The position numbers and the translations under genes were made by a program. The notes below the pieces were generated by a model that saw only the letters and a list, made by a program, of their open reading frames with translations, was not told the DNA's origin and did no database searches. DNA of 32,000 nt from Candidatus Jordarchaeales archaeon (lineage in GTDB: Archaea; Asgardarchaeota; Jordiarchaeia; Jordiarchaeales; Freyrarchaeaceae), in assembly GCA_038858525.1 (NCBI GenBank), contig JAWCFL010000001.1:1-32000 (forward strand), given 5' to 3'. Position 1 is the stretch's first letter. Every line of letters begins with the position of its first letter. Below, piece by piece: positions 1-9,643 of the stretch.

Positions 1-155
1 GGGTGGTGTCTCCCCGAGCATACTTAAACAATGCTCCGGCGCCACACAGCACACGTCAGGCACAAGCTCAAAGAAAGCCAAACAAAAACACCTATAAAAA
101 TCCATCCACAAAACCCAACAAACCCTTTTTATTCACTTAGGTTTTATTTTATCAT

Positions 156-671
156 ATGCTTGATTTGAAGAGAAAAGCTCAGTTCTATAATGAGACAGCA
201 TGGATGTATGATAAGCGTTACGGCGTTCAGCAAAGCTTAAAACACTCTGTCGCATTGTTAGAGCTACCAGTGGAAAGACGCGAAGTCGTAGTTGATCTTG
301 GTTGTGGTACGGGAGACTTCTTGAAAAGAATTAAAAATGTAGGTTGTGCATGTTTAGGTATAGACTTTTCTTACGGAATGATCTTAGAAGCAAGAAAGAA
401 ATACAGCGACCTTGACCTTGTATTAGCCGACGTGCACCATCTTCCACTGCGGAGCAGCAGTTGCGATAAATTTTTCGCAATCACGCTTCTCCAGAACGTT
501 GATTCACTTAAACTCTTCAAGGAAGTCGTTAGAGTATGCCATCCAGGTAGTTGGGGTGTAGTGTCTACTATATCGAAAAAAGCCGTGTCAGTCGCTCCTT
601 TCAGCGAGTATATTGAAAAAGTTTTAGAGGTAGACGAGGACGTTATGGTCCTGCTTAAACTTCCAGAGTGA
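156..671 (+). CDS. Class I SAM-dependent methyltransferase
   Basis: Motif I VVDLGCGTG, acidic GID after strand 2, 'ADVHHLP' post-motif. Substrate unknown. Confidence 0.85.
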   Translation: MLDLKRKAQFYNETAWMYDKRYGVQQSLKHSVALLELPVERREVVVDLGCGTGDFLKRIKNVGCACLGIDFSYGMILEARKKYSDLDLVLADVHHLPLRSSSCDKFFAITLLQNVDSLKLFKEVVRVCHPGSWGVVSTISKKAVSVAPFSEYIEKVLEVDEDVMVLLKLPE

Positions 672-680
672 ACGTCGAGA

Positions 681-1409
681 TTATATTCCGCTACTAGGCA
701 GTATTATTATTCCTTTATCGCTGATTTCAAATGGCACAACTTTCAAGGAATGCTTTGTGAACCTTAGTTTCCTAACCACCAAGGACCTTTTTAGCTCGCC
801 CCGTTCCTCGTTTAAGTAAAGGACTATTATTCCTTGAGCTATGAACTCTTCTACACCAAATCTTGACAGCTCATTCTTTGAGGTTATCTCTGATGTTAAG
901 AGGCTCGTTGTGTTCAAGTCATTTAGAAGTGATGCTATCTTGAAAATAGCTGTTCTAATGGCCGTTAGCGACTCAAACCTTATGCCGAGACTTGAAAGAG
1001 AGTCTATTACGACGCGCTCAGCATTTATTTCTTTTGTAGCTTTGTATATCTCTTGCGCTAAGGTGCTTATGTCAAAGCCTCTTCTCAGAGCGTAGGGTTC
1101 CGATGTGGGTATTCCTGCTTTACTGGAAGCTGCATCTATTATGATTAATTTTCCGTCTTCCTCCAGTTTCTTCAAATCCCAGCCGAACTGCATAGCCTCC
1201 CGTCTTATGTCGTCCGGTCTTTCTTCAAGTGTTACAAAGACGCCGGGTTCATCGTAATCCTTAGCTCCATAGTAAAGGGATTGAGTGCAAAAGATAGTTT
1301 TTCCCGTTCCTGTCCCACCAGTTACTAGAACGTTAGTTCCCTTAATGAAACCTCCATTAGTTATCTCGTCAAGACCAGGAATACCTGTTTTAACCCTCTC
1401 GATCACCAT
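681..1409 (-). CDS. KaiC-like/RAD55 single-domain RecA-superfamily ATPase (COG0467 type)
   Basis: N-terminal 'RVKTGIPGLDEITNGG', Walker A GGTGTGKT, Walker B 'RVVIDS', 'FGVEEFIAQGII' and 'RSLVVRKLR' motifs. Confidence 0.9.
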   Translation of the reverse strand: MVIERVKTGIPGLDEITNGGFIKGTNVLVTGGTGTGKTIFCTQSLYYGAKDYDEPGVFVTLEERPDDIRREAMQFGWDLKKLEEDGKLIIIDAASSKAGIPTSEPYALRRGFDISTLAQEIYKATKEINAERVVIDSLSSLGIRFESLTAIRTAIFKIASLLNDLNTTSLLTSEITSKNELSRFGVEEFIAQGIIVLYLNEERGELKRSLVVRKLRFTKHSLKVVPFEISDKGIIILPSSGI

Positions 1410-1423
1410 CGGCTCCCCCCTTC

Positions 1424-1909
1424 TTATTTCTCTTGAGCTATTAATCCTATTATCTCTTCTCCTTTAAGAAGCTCATTTAGACGCCATACGCCGACCTCCT
1501 GAATATCAGGGCTCCTTCTAAAACCGGAGATTATGCTTTCGAGCTCCTCTTCCGACCTAGCAACAGCCACCAAGTAAAGCTCGTTCCCTTCATCTCCCAC
1601 GCCGATCAATCTTATAAAATCATTTTTCATCAGGCTTTCAGCGATCTCTCTAGTTCTTTTGAGGGTAAGATCCTTAACTATGTGCCCGCCTACAATTATC
1701 CTGATAAGCGCTAAGGCATTATAACCGAGTTTTTCAGCAGATACAGCCACAGTAAACTTGCGTATAATACCTCGCTCAACAAGTTTACGAACCCTAAAAT
1801 GCACCGTTGTATCAGGCACTTGGAGCTGCTTTGCAATTTGGGTAAAAGGTATTCTTGAGTCATTCTGAAGGATCTTCAAGATTTCAATGTCAAGCGAGTC
1901 TATTTCCAT
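1424..1909 (-). CDS. Lrp/AsnC family transcriptional regulator
   Basis: HTH 'LDIEILKILQNDSRIPFTQIAKQLQVPDTTVHFRVRKLVERGIIRKF' followed by a RAM-like C-terminal domain. Lies 14 bp upstream of the KaiC-like gene on the same strand. Confidence 0.9.
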   Translation of the reverse strand: MEIDSLDIEILKILQNDSRIPFTQIAKQLQVPDTTVHFRVRKLVERGIIRKFTVAVSAEKLGYNALALIRIIVGGHIVKDLTLKRTREIAESLMKNDFIRLIGVGDEGNELYLVAVARSEEELESIISGFRRSPDIQEVGVWRLNELLKGEEIIGLIAQEK

Positions 1910-2274
1910 TAATAAAACACCTCTTTTTTCGATCGACCCAAAATTAATATGATCCTTTTTGTTAAAAATTTAACTTATCATAAATTAAAATGTTTCTCTT
2001 TATTTTAACAGATCTCGTCCATTAAAATAGAAAAAATAAGTAAGAAAAAAGTAAGATAACTCTTTTTTTCATAAACTTCTGGGAAAATACGGTGAAGCAA
2101 ACGCCAACATCAAACTCTCTGGTGAAGTCTAGTCTTCCAGAATATCACACCAGTCTAAAAACAGTTTGCCAGCTAGATGAAGATGAAAAAGCAAGTAACG
2201 TTCCAAGAAAGAGAAGGTTTACTTTGTTTATTTCGCCTACCGTTGTAAAATTCATAGACGTTCATCCTTTCACC

Positions 2275-3220
2275 TCAATTTTTTAGAGGTTCATGGAAGG
2301 CATTCGCCGCCAACTGTAAAGGACGGCACATCGAGAGTTTCATGGTTATATTCCAAGCGGCAACCAGATGTCTATATGCTTTGACGCCACATTTTTCTTA
2401 CATATGAAGGCACGCCCATTCAACTTACTCACTTCGCCACATATCGGACATGTCCTCGATGCGTCTTTAGCATCTACAAAATCAGATTTTAAACCATGCT
2501 CCATCACCTTTTAAGTAATGTAAGACTGCACCTTCCTGAAAAGATATGCTATGGCGCCTGTTCATTACCCGCCATACTTTATTCGATCCTCTAATGCCAG
2601 TAAGGTCTTATATCACTGGCTTTACATTCTCCTCTACCACTATGTTGGCTATAATCCTCGCGGCTTTATGAAGTATATAATTCACCTTCCTCCTTTCTCT
2701 CCCTGAATATTTTGCCAAAGATTTTTCCCCAGCCTTCCCCCTGAAGTCTTTGCCTGAAAATTCCGCCTCTTTTTGAAATACCTATCCTTGATATGCTTCA
2801 CCTCACTCACATAAATTTTCACAAACTTTACCTTTATCTAACTTCACTATCGCCAAATCTATGCTCCCCTCATTTATGCCAATATTCAACATTCTCTGGC
2901 TTCTTCTCCTTAACCGCCTTCCTGAATGTTACCTTCAAAAAGATTTCATCCCCTTTCCTCACAAACCTTGAACCTTTCACTTACCCAGCCTAAAACTTCT
3001 TCGCATGCTCATGAATCTCAAATGGCACAACTATGTGCCCCTCGTGAGTAGCCAATTTCAAATGCCCCCACGCAAAACAAAATAAATGCGAATCATCCAA
3101 AAAACCACATTTAAACCATTCATATCTGGAAGGCGAACCTTTTTTCTCTTCTTAGTAAGCCTCCTTTATTATAGTTGCCAATTACCCGTGTTATCATAGT
3201 GTAGATATAGTGTGAAGAAA
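2275..3220 (-). pseudogene. tnpB: Degraded IS200/IS605-family TnpB (RNA-guided nuclease) remnant
   Basis: Minus-strand fragments across several frameshifts read SHYIYT, LDDSHLF, HLKLATHEGHIVVPF, 'NIGINEGSIDLA', 'KYSGRERRKVNYILHKAARIIA', 'VI*DLTGIR', Zn finger 'SRTCPICG...FICKK(C)G' and 'YRHLVAAWNI..MCRPLQLAA'. Multiple stops and frameshifts; no tnpA nearby; 5' boundary approximate. Confidence 0.85.
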
Positions 3221-3524
3221 TCTTTCTATTTTGAAGCTGCTGACTAACTCTTCCATGGTATTCTAGTGTTCCCATTGAAAGAGTTACTCTGTCGATAAGC
3301 TTAGGGAGAAGTGATGCATCCTTCCATGATGAAGGATTTTTTGCTTATTATGACGCATATTATGGAGGTTTCATTGATTCTCATAAATAACCTAATTCTT
3401 AAAAATCTATTTCAAAGCTCAAGCGAACAATTATTTAAAGCGTCTAAGCGGAGAAGTAACTTGCTCGAGCATCTTGATTCTTAAGTTATTTTATGCTCTA
3501 TTTTTATTGTCAAGTGAACGTTCT

Positions 3525-5066
3525 TCATAAGGCGCCATCCCCTAAAACTCTACCGAGAAGCATGCCTTCAACTCTAACTGGGATGAGAGATGAGGCTAGC
3601 TCGACAGCTTTGGAAAGTCTATACTCGCTTCCCGAGTGAATTTCCAGGAGTGCGTCGCCTTTAGATACCTTGTAGCCTCTCTTAAACCTCAGAACTATTC
3701 CGGCGCCTTTATCTGTTGGAGCACCAGCTGCTCTAGCTATTAGTTTCACGGCTTCATTGTCAACATCCACGACGTACCCGTCGTTCTCAGCTTTAACCAC
3801 CGCGACGTATTCTCCAATGGGAACGTCATCTGGTTTGATGTGTGGGTTTCCTCCTTGAGCGTCTATTATTTCTTTCATTTTTATAAGCGCCTTACCACTC
3901 CTAAGAATATCCTTAGCGATGACTTGTCCCTGACCAACTTCAGCTTTTCCACTCATCTCAAGAAGGATGCCCGATAGTGATACAGCTTTTTCGACCAAGC
4001 TCATCGGTCCTCCACCCATTAACGCCTCCAACGCCTCCCTTGCCTCTAAAGCTGGGCCAACAGTATACCCCACCGGTTGTCCCCCATACGTGATTCCACA
4101 CTGAACGTTGATGCCCAGTTTTCCACCTATTTTTATAAATTTAGCAGCTAGTTCTTCTGCATCTGCCTTGCTCTGTGCCTTGCACCCTCTCCCGATCGGT
4201 ATATCAAGAACCATATTGTCCACGCCTACAGCGAGCTTTTTTGCCAAAATGCTAGCTATCATCTGAGGAAGGGGGTCAATCATCAGGGGATGCTCCACCC
4301 TGATTATAATGTCATCAACAGGTGCTATGTTTAACCCGCCACCCCAAACGATTGCTCCCCTTACACGTTCGACGATCTCCTTAAATTCCTCGACAGTAAA
4401 GATTACTGGTGCTAAAACTTCCATAGTATCCGCAGTTCCGCTTGGGCTTGTAATGGCCTTACTGCTGGTCTTGGGAATGAGGAGTCCCGAGGCGGCTACT
4501 ATGGGAACTATTAGAAGGCTTACCTTGTTTCCAGGAACGCCGCCAACAGAGTGCTTATCGTATGTTTTTTCTTTAAAGTGCAGTCTTTCTCCACTTTCAG
4601 CCATGGAAACAGTTAAGGCTTCTATTTCTCTGTCGCTCATTCCTTTAAAGTGCTGCGCCAAAACGAACGCTGCAATTTCGGCGGAACTTAGTTCTCCCTT
4701 AACTATGCTTTGTATTATGGAAGATACTTCATTATAATTCAGCTCTTCACCTCTCATTTTCTTTCTTACATGCTCTAAGGCAGGATGAGAGGTCACTATT
4801 TCTAGAACTGCTTGCTCCCCGCCTGATACTCCTAGAAGCTTAACTAAACTTCCGCAGACACCTATCTCGCCTCGCGCCACTAAGGATCTTGAGAGGGACA
4901 CGTTAGCTATCGCCTCACGCTTATCAACTTTAACTCTAACATGGTTTCCCAGAGCAACATGAAGTTCTTCGGCATCATCTGTATTCATAATAATGGTTGA
5001 GTTTTCAAAGTCAAGGTCTAAGACGCGCACTTCAAAAAGCTTCAAAAATGTAACCTCCAATGCCAT
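3525..5066 (-). CDS. deoA: AMP phosphorylase (thymidine/pyrimidine-nucleoside phosphorylase family)
   Basis: 'DKHSVGGVPGNKVSLLIVPIVAASGLLIPKTSSKAITSPSGTADTMEVLA' signature plus the archaeal N-terminal double-psi-barrel-like extension; 513 aa. Confidence 0.9.
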   Translation of the reverse strand: MALEVTFLKLFEVRVLDLDFENSTIIMNTDDAEELHVALGNHVRVKVDKREAIANVSLSRSLVARGEIGVCGSLVKLLGVSGGEQAVLEIVTSHPALEHVRKKMRGEELNYNEVSSIIQSIVKGELSSAEIAAFVLAQHFKGMSDREIEALTVSMAESGERLHFKEKTYDKHSVGGVPGNKVSLLIVPIVAASGLLIPKTSSKAITSPSGTADTMEVLAPVIFTVEEFKEIVERVRGAIVWGGGLNIAPVDDIIIRVEHPLMIDPLPQMIASILAKKLAVGVDNMVLDIPIGRGCKAQSKADAEELAAKFIKIGGKLGINVQCGITYGGQPVGYTVGPALEAREALEALMGGGPMSLVEKAVSLSGILLEMSGKAEVGQGQVIAKDILRSGKALIKMKEIIDAQGGNPHIKPDDVPIGEYVAVVKAENDGYVVDVDNEAVKLIARAAGAPTDKGAGIVLRFKRGYKVSKGDALLEIHSGSEYRLSKAVELASSLIPVRVEGMLLGRVLGDGAL

Positions 5067-5218
5067 TTAACACGAGGTTTACAGAATTATTAACGCTTCT
5101 TTCTTGAATTTGTAGCGTGCATTCAAGTCATATATTACTAACTCTTTTAGGGTGAGTTAAGCAAGGTATTTAATGACGGCGGGAAGACATTTTCATGATA
5201 AAGGGGGGGCGCCTCAAC

Positions 5219-6967
5219 ATGTTGTTTTCAAAAATAGCGGATTTCTATGAGAAAATAGAGGCTACAACGAAACGGCTAGAAATGATAGACCTCCTTGTTA
5301 ACCTTTTCTCGGAAACTCCGCGAGATATAATCGACAAGGTGGTTTATCTAACTACGGGTAGGCTCTACCCGTTATTTGTTCCAGTAGAGCTAGGGGTATC
5401 TGAGAAACTGGCTATGAGGAGTATTGCCATGGTTGCCGGCGTCTCTCCTAAGGAAGTAGAAGGTGCCCTTAAGGAGACAGGCGACTTAGGATTGGTTGCT
5501 GAGGCATTTATGAAAAAGAAGAGACAGGCATCCCTGTTTCATAAGCCATTAACTGTTGAGACAGTTTATGAGACGCTGGATAAGATAGCGAGGGAGAGCG
5601 GAGAGGGCTCGGTGGAAGCAAAATTAAAACATCTTTCTAAGCTATTACTTGACGGCACACCTAAGGAAGACAAATACATTATAAGGATAGTTATTGGTAC
5701 ACTCCGCCTTGGCATAGCAGATTACACCATTCTTGATGCACTGGCTGTGGCGTTTACTGGATCAAGAGATAATAGACCGGTTCTTGAAAGAGCATACAAT
5801 ATAACTTCAGACTTAGGATTAGTAGCTAAAGTGGCTGCAACCGAGGGGCTTGAATCTCTTCGAAACTTTAAGGTCACCGTTGGAAAACCGGTCAGAATGA
5901 TGCTTGCACAAAGAGCCTCATCACCGGAAGAGATTTTGGAGCGTATGGGTGGTCGTTGTTCAGCTGAATATAAACTCGATGGGGAACGAATGCAGATTCA
6001 CAAGGACGGGGACAAAGTAGACATTTTCTCCAGAAGACTTGAAAACATAACATACCAGTATCCTGACATAGTCAAGCTTATAGTGGAAAACCTGACTGTG
6101 AAAAGAGCAATAATTGAGGGAGAATGCGTAGCCATAAACCCTGACACTGGGGAAATGCTACCTTTCCAACAATTGATGAGAAGGAGAAGAGTTTATGGAA
6201 TTGAGGAGGCAATGGAGAAGTATCCAGCCATGATATATCTTTTTGATGCACTTTTAATCGAGGACGAGGATCTTACAGGAAAACCTTATCCTGAACGCAG
6301 AAGAAGACTTGCAGAAATAACGCGTGAAAACGAGCGAATAAAACTGGTTAAAGCTGAGATTCTTGATAACGTAGAGGCAATAGAGAGATTTTTCGACGCC
6401 GCGGTTGAGGATGGTTGCGAGGGCATAATGGCAAAATCAATCCAACAAGACTCAATATATGAAGCGGGGAGCAGAGGATACAAGTGGCTTAAATTTAAGC
6501 GGGAGTATAAAACAGAGATGACTGACACAATAGATGCGGTCATAGTGGGGGCTTATATGGGTAAAGGAAGACGAGCCGGGTCATATGGAGCACTGCTAGT
6601 TGCCGTCTATGATGATGACTCGGATACCTTTAAGACGATTTGTAAGGTTGGAACTGGGTTTAGCGATGAAGAGCTGGAAAGCCTTCCAGAGATGCTTAAA
6701 CCGTACCAGATGGCGCATAAGCATCCAAGGGTGGATTCGAAGCTAAAAGCAGACGTTTGGTTTACTCCCGCTAAGGTCATTGAAATAATTGGAGCTGAGT
6801 TGACGGTAAGCCAAGTGCACACTTGCGCTTTGGGATACGTTAAGGAAGACAGCGGGATAGCTATTAGATTTCCAAGGTTTACTGGCAAATGGAGAGACGA
6901 CAAGGGGCCAGAAGAGGCGACAACGGTGAGAGAAATAATCGAAATGTATGAGCAACAGAAAAAATAA
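5219..6967 (+). CDS. lig: ATP-dependent DNA ligase
   Basis: Motif I EYKLDGER, motif IV EGIMAK, motif V WLKFK, OB-domain 'IRFPRF'. Start moved to ATG 5219, which follows a G-rich RBS. Confidence 0.97.
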   Translation: MLFSKIADFYEKIEATTKRLEMIDLLVNLFSETPRDIIDKVVYLTTGRLYPLFVPVELGVSEKLAMRSIAMVAGVSPKEVEGALKETGDLGLVAEAFMKKKRQASLFHKPLTVETVYETLDKIARESGEGSVEAKLKHLSKLLLDGTPKEDKYIIRIVIGTLRLGIADYTILDALAVAFTGSRDNRPVLERAYNITSDLGLVAKVAATEGLESLRNFKVTVGKPVRMMLAQRASSPEEILERMGGRCSAEYKLDGERMQIHKDGDKVDIFSRRLENITYQYPDIVKLIVENLTVKRAIIEGECVAINPDTGEMLPFQQLMRRRRVYGIEEAMEKYPAMIYLFDALLIEDEDLTGKPYPERRRRLAEITRENERIKLVKAEILDNVEAIERFFDAAVEDGCEGIMAKSIQQDSIYEAGSRGYKWLKFKREYKTEMTDTIDAVIVGAYMGKGRRAGSYGALLVAVYDDDSDTFKTICKVGTGFSDEELESLPEMLKPYQMAHKHPRVDSKLKADVWFTPAKVIEIIGAELTVSQVHTCALGYVKEDSGIAIRFPRFTGKWRDDKGPEEATTVREIIEMYEQQKK

Positions 6968-7146
6968 GTGAAGGAAGGAATCTAAAGTAATATAAGTATT
7001 TTTGATTAATGCATAAGTTTGTTAAGTTTTTAAAAAATAGGAGAGGAGTATGTGATTATGTGTTGCAAAAATTTTTAATAGCGTTAAAGATATAACTATT
7101 AGGGGAACAGTTTTTTTATTGAAACTCATGTAAGAGGTTGTTAGCT

Positions 7147-7542
7147 TTGTCCGTCGAACAAATAATTGCCGTTATAAATGAGCTTATTTCAGCCAATGAA
7201 AACGTAACTGCGGCAGCAGTTCTGACGAACGATGGACGTGTAATATATCAAACGGAAAATTGGGACGTTAGAGGGGACGCTACGAGCTTAATTTCTGCTT
7301 GGAGGGAAAAGGCGCCAGCAATATCAGTTCAAGGCATCAAGTACTCTGTTCTCCAATCGACCGAGGAAAGACTTGTTGCAACAAACGTAAGCGGACTTGG
7401 ACATATAATAATGGCGACAATACAGTACCGCGGCGTTCTGTTGGCATATGTGTCGCCTCAAGGCGATACTGGCGGAAGTTACGTGGATGTTAGCCGGGCA
7501 GCCATGAGACTTGTTCCAGTACTTCAAGCCATGGGTTACTAA
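7147..7542 (+). CDS. Asgard profilin (Odin-like, no Loki-loop insertion)
   Basis: 'GRVIYQTENW', 'ISVQGIKYSV', 'ERLVATNVSGLGHII' and 'LLAYVSPQG' match remembered Asgard profilin motifs. TTG 7147 lies 9 nt after AGAGG; alternative start 7138. Confidence 0.9.
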   Translation: MSVEQIIAVINELISANENVTAAAVLTNDGRVIYQTENWDVRGDATSLISAWREKAPAISVQGIKYSVLQSTEERLVATNVSGLGHIIMATIQYRGVLLAYVSPQGDTGGSYVDVSRAAMRLVPVLQAMGY

Positions 7543-7581
7543 ACACGAATTAAAGTTTAACCTTCTTTCTCTTTTCTTCTA

Positions 7582-8259
7582 CTAATAGATTCTCCTGATC
7601 AATCGCACTTCTTCACTTTCCAAATCGTAATCTACAAGTTTGGCGTTAACTAAGTCATGGATGCTTTTTAAGATCACTGCTGGCTGGAAGCCGGCGGCTT
7701 CAGTTATTTCTTTACGTTTCATAATGTTTTTAGCCCCATGAAGTAGATATAGGATTTTAGCGTGAGGCTGCCCGCCGAAAACGTCCTCAAGCAGTGTGAT
7801 GTAGATCGAGAGAAGCTGTCTTACATCTTCAATTTCTTCTTTCTCCTTAGTTATCTCTCGGTACATTTTTGATATTCTTGAAAGCTGCTCTCTTATCGAG
7901 TTTAGCTCCTCTTCAAGCTTGTTCTTCTCTTTCAAAACTCTAGTTAGTTCTTCATCTTTTGTAGCTACTGCTTCTTTAGCCGCCTCTAATGCTTTTTCTG
8001 TTTTTGCCAGATTTTCCTTAACAATTTCAACCTCTTTTTGCAGTCCATCAATATCTAACTTCATTTTGTTCGATTCTTCTTCTTTAGTTTTTAACATATA
8101 ATTAAGCCGGCTTATTTCCATATTTTTCTCTTCTATTTCCCTCTCTCTCGACGCTAGAACTCGCGTTATCTCAGCTACTTTATGAGTAATAGACTCCATT
8201 CTCCCGCAGATTTCTTTTAGTAAAGCATTAACGTCACTCATCTCCTCCATTATTCCCAT
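7582..8259 (-). CDS. Long heptad coiled-coil protein with C-terminal winged-helix domain, function unknown
   Basis: About 14 uninterrupted heptads in the central part. C-terminal 'PHAKILYLLHG..MKRKEITEAAGFQPAVILKSIHDLVNAKLVDYD' has a wHTH pattern. Confidence 0.75.
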   Translation of the reverse strand: MGIMEEMSDVNALLKEICGRMESITHKVAEITRVLASREREIEEKNMEISRLNYMLKTKEEESNKMKLDIDGLQKEVEIVKENLAKTEKALEAAKEAVATKDEELTRVLKEKNKLEEELNSIREQLSRISKMYREITKEKEEIEDVRQLLSIYITLLEDVFGGQPHAKILYLLHGAKNIMKRKEITEAAGFQPAVILKSIHDLVNAKLVDYDLESEEVRLIRRIY

Positions 8260-8393
8260 GGATTCCCCTCCTGAGGACTTTTCATGACCACTATTTTCTT
8301 TTTAGAGAATCACGTATTAACTCTTTTCGAAATTTTTAAAGGGATTTTAATGCTTAGGAACGATCAGAGAAATACGATAGGCTGGGGGGCACG

Positions 8394-9308
8394 ATGGAGG
8401 ATAGCATAAGAGAGGTTATGGAGAAAGTAATCGGGGAAAGTATTCAGAGAAGCATAGAGCCGTTTATGCGTGCACTGCTTAAAAGCATCAAATTAGTTAA
8501 GGACGAAATTGATTCCATAGGAGGCGAACTAGAAACATACTCCAAAGAATCCTCAGGCCGTCTAAGTGACCTTTCAAAGATTCTCCAATCGATCTATGAG
8601 CGCATACAAGAGCTTAAAGCAGCACAAGGTGAAAGGGAACTACAACTATCGATGGTCTCATCCTTAAGTCAGCAAGGAGATTTAGAAGCTATAATTGAAC
8701 GAAAAGTTAAGGCGATTATTGAGCCTATAGGAAGGGCTATGCAGAAAATTTTAGACCAACAAATTGCATTATTAGATAATATTGAAAAGGTAATCGAGAC
8801 ATTAAAGAATATTGAAGAAAAAAGCGGTTTCGGATCTAAATTGATTTCAGGAGCTCTTTCATTACCTTTAGCGGAAGAACGCGAGGAGAGTAAAACAGAG
8901 GAAGACACAACTGTAGATAACTCCAAAGGAGTTCTTTTTTCCCAGTTAGAAGAAGCCGTAAAAAGTCTTTCAGGAGAAATGAAGATTGTAGAAGCTAAAG
9001 AAGGAGAAACTTTGGAACTTAAGGAGAGCGGCGTTGATATAAAAAAGGAAGTTGAAGAAGAGATTACGGAAGAAGGCGCAGCGGCATTTGAGCAGGCTTC
9101 AAAGGAGACGCCTACGGTCGTTGAAGAGCTAACACTTGACAAGTTACAAGAAAGAGTGGCAGAGATAGATAGAGAGATAACAGATCTGACTTTTGATAGA
9201 ATGAGAGGAATTTTAAGTGAGGCTGAATACCAAGAAAAGAAAGCTAACTTGATGAAGGAAAAGGAGGAGTTGAAGAAGAAAATTGAAGAAGTGGCCTCTA
9301 AGGTATAA
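8394..9308 (+). CDS. Coiled-coil protein with acidic linker and SHOCT-like C-terminal helical hairpin
   Basis: Helical N-terminal half, Glu-rich linker, C-terminal 'LTFDRMRGILSEAEYQEKKANL' resembling the SHOCT G-h-h-S-x-x-E-Y pattern. Confidence 0.6.
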   Translation: MEDSIREVMEKVIGESIQRSIEPFMRALLKSIKLVKDEIDSIGGELETYSKESSGRLSDLSKILQSIYERIQELKAAQGERELQLSMVSSLSQQGDLEAIIERKVKAIIEPIGRAMQKILDQQIALLDNIEKVIETLKNIEEKSGFGSKLISGALSLPLAEEREESKTEEDTTVDNSKGVLFSQLEEAVKSLSGEMKIVEAKEGETLELKESGVDIKKEVEEEITEEGAAAFEQASKETPTVVEELTLDKLQERVAEIDREITDLTFDRMRGILSEAEYQEKKANLMKEKEELKKKIEEVASKV

Positions 9309-9347
9309 GAGAGGAAAGGTTCTTTGTATTTTAAGCGGGGGGACTGC

Positions 9348-9629
9348 TTGGACTTGGAGAAGCTTAAAGACGTCTGGGAGTACTACCCTACCTATTCTGT
9401 AGATAGAAGTGGTAAGAAAGTGCTGATTATACATGCCTATGCTTCCCTTAAAAATCTTGGAAAGTTTAATATTCAAAGCGAAGAGCAGATTAAGAAGTTG
9501 TGGATTTCAGCTCTTTCTAACGTCTCTTCTTTAGATAAGAAGGCGCTTAATGATTCTCTGTTTGAGGTAAGAATTGAGGGAGGGGAAGTTGAGGTCAGAG
9601 TAGTTATTCCTCAAGACTACGTGAAATAG
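9348..9629 (+). CDS. Hypothetical protein (about 93 aa)
   Basis: ORF tightly packed between two same-strand genes; TTG 9348 preceded by a GGGGGG RBS; no family recognised. Confidence 0.6.
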   Translation: MDLEKLKDVWEYYPTYSVDRSGKKVLIIHAYASLKNLGKFNIQSEEQIKKLWISALSNVSSLDKKALNDSLFEVRIEGGEVEVRVVIPQDYVK

Positions 9630-9643
9630 CTTGAAAGGTAAGG

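Noticed and set aside
1-105. GC-richer window start with hairpin GAGCAT-N9-ATGCTC (16..36) and a TTTATA box on the minus strand, as a possible stable-RNA leader
   Set aside because: Too little sequence before the window edge; no match to rRNA, SRP or RNase P ends that I can recognise.
2092-2993. Plus-strand ORFs 2092..2286 and 2793..2993
   Set aside because: Short, no recognisable motifs, and antisense to or adjoining the tnpB remnant.
2275-3220. Programmed recoding rescuing tnpB
   Set aside because: Too many independent stops and frameshifts, plus loss of the catalytic residues.
4309-4737. 142-aa ORF opposite AMP phosphorylase, and similar shadow ORFs (8669..9142, 17055..17447, 20786..21235, 21971..22534, 23627..24073, 25004..25312, 29358..29804)
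   Set aside because: Ser/Leu/Phe-rich antisense mirrors of well-supported genes; no independent motifs or RBS support.
3525-5066. AMP phosphorylase as a sign of a novel carbon pathway
   Set aside because: Well-known pentose bisphosphate pathway enzyme; its partners (R15P isomerase, Rubisco) are not in this window.
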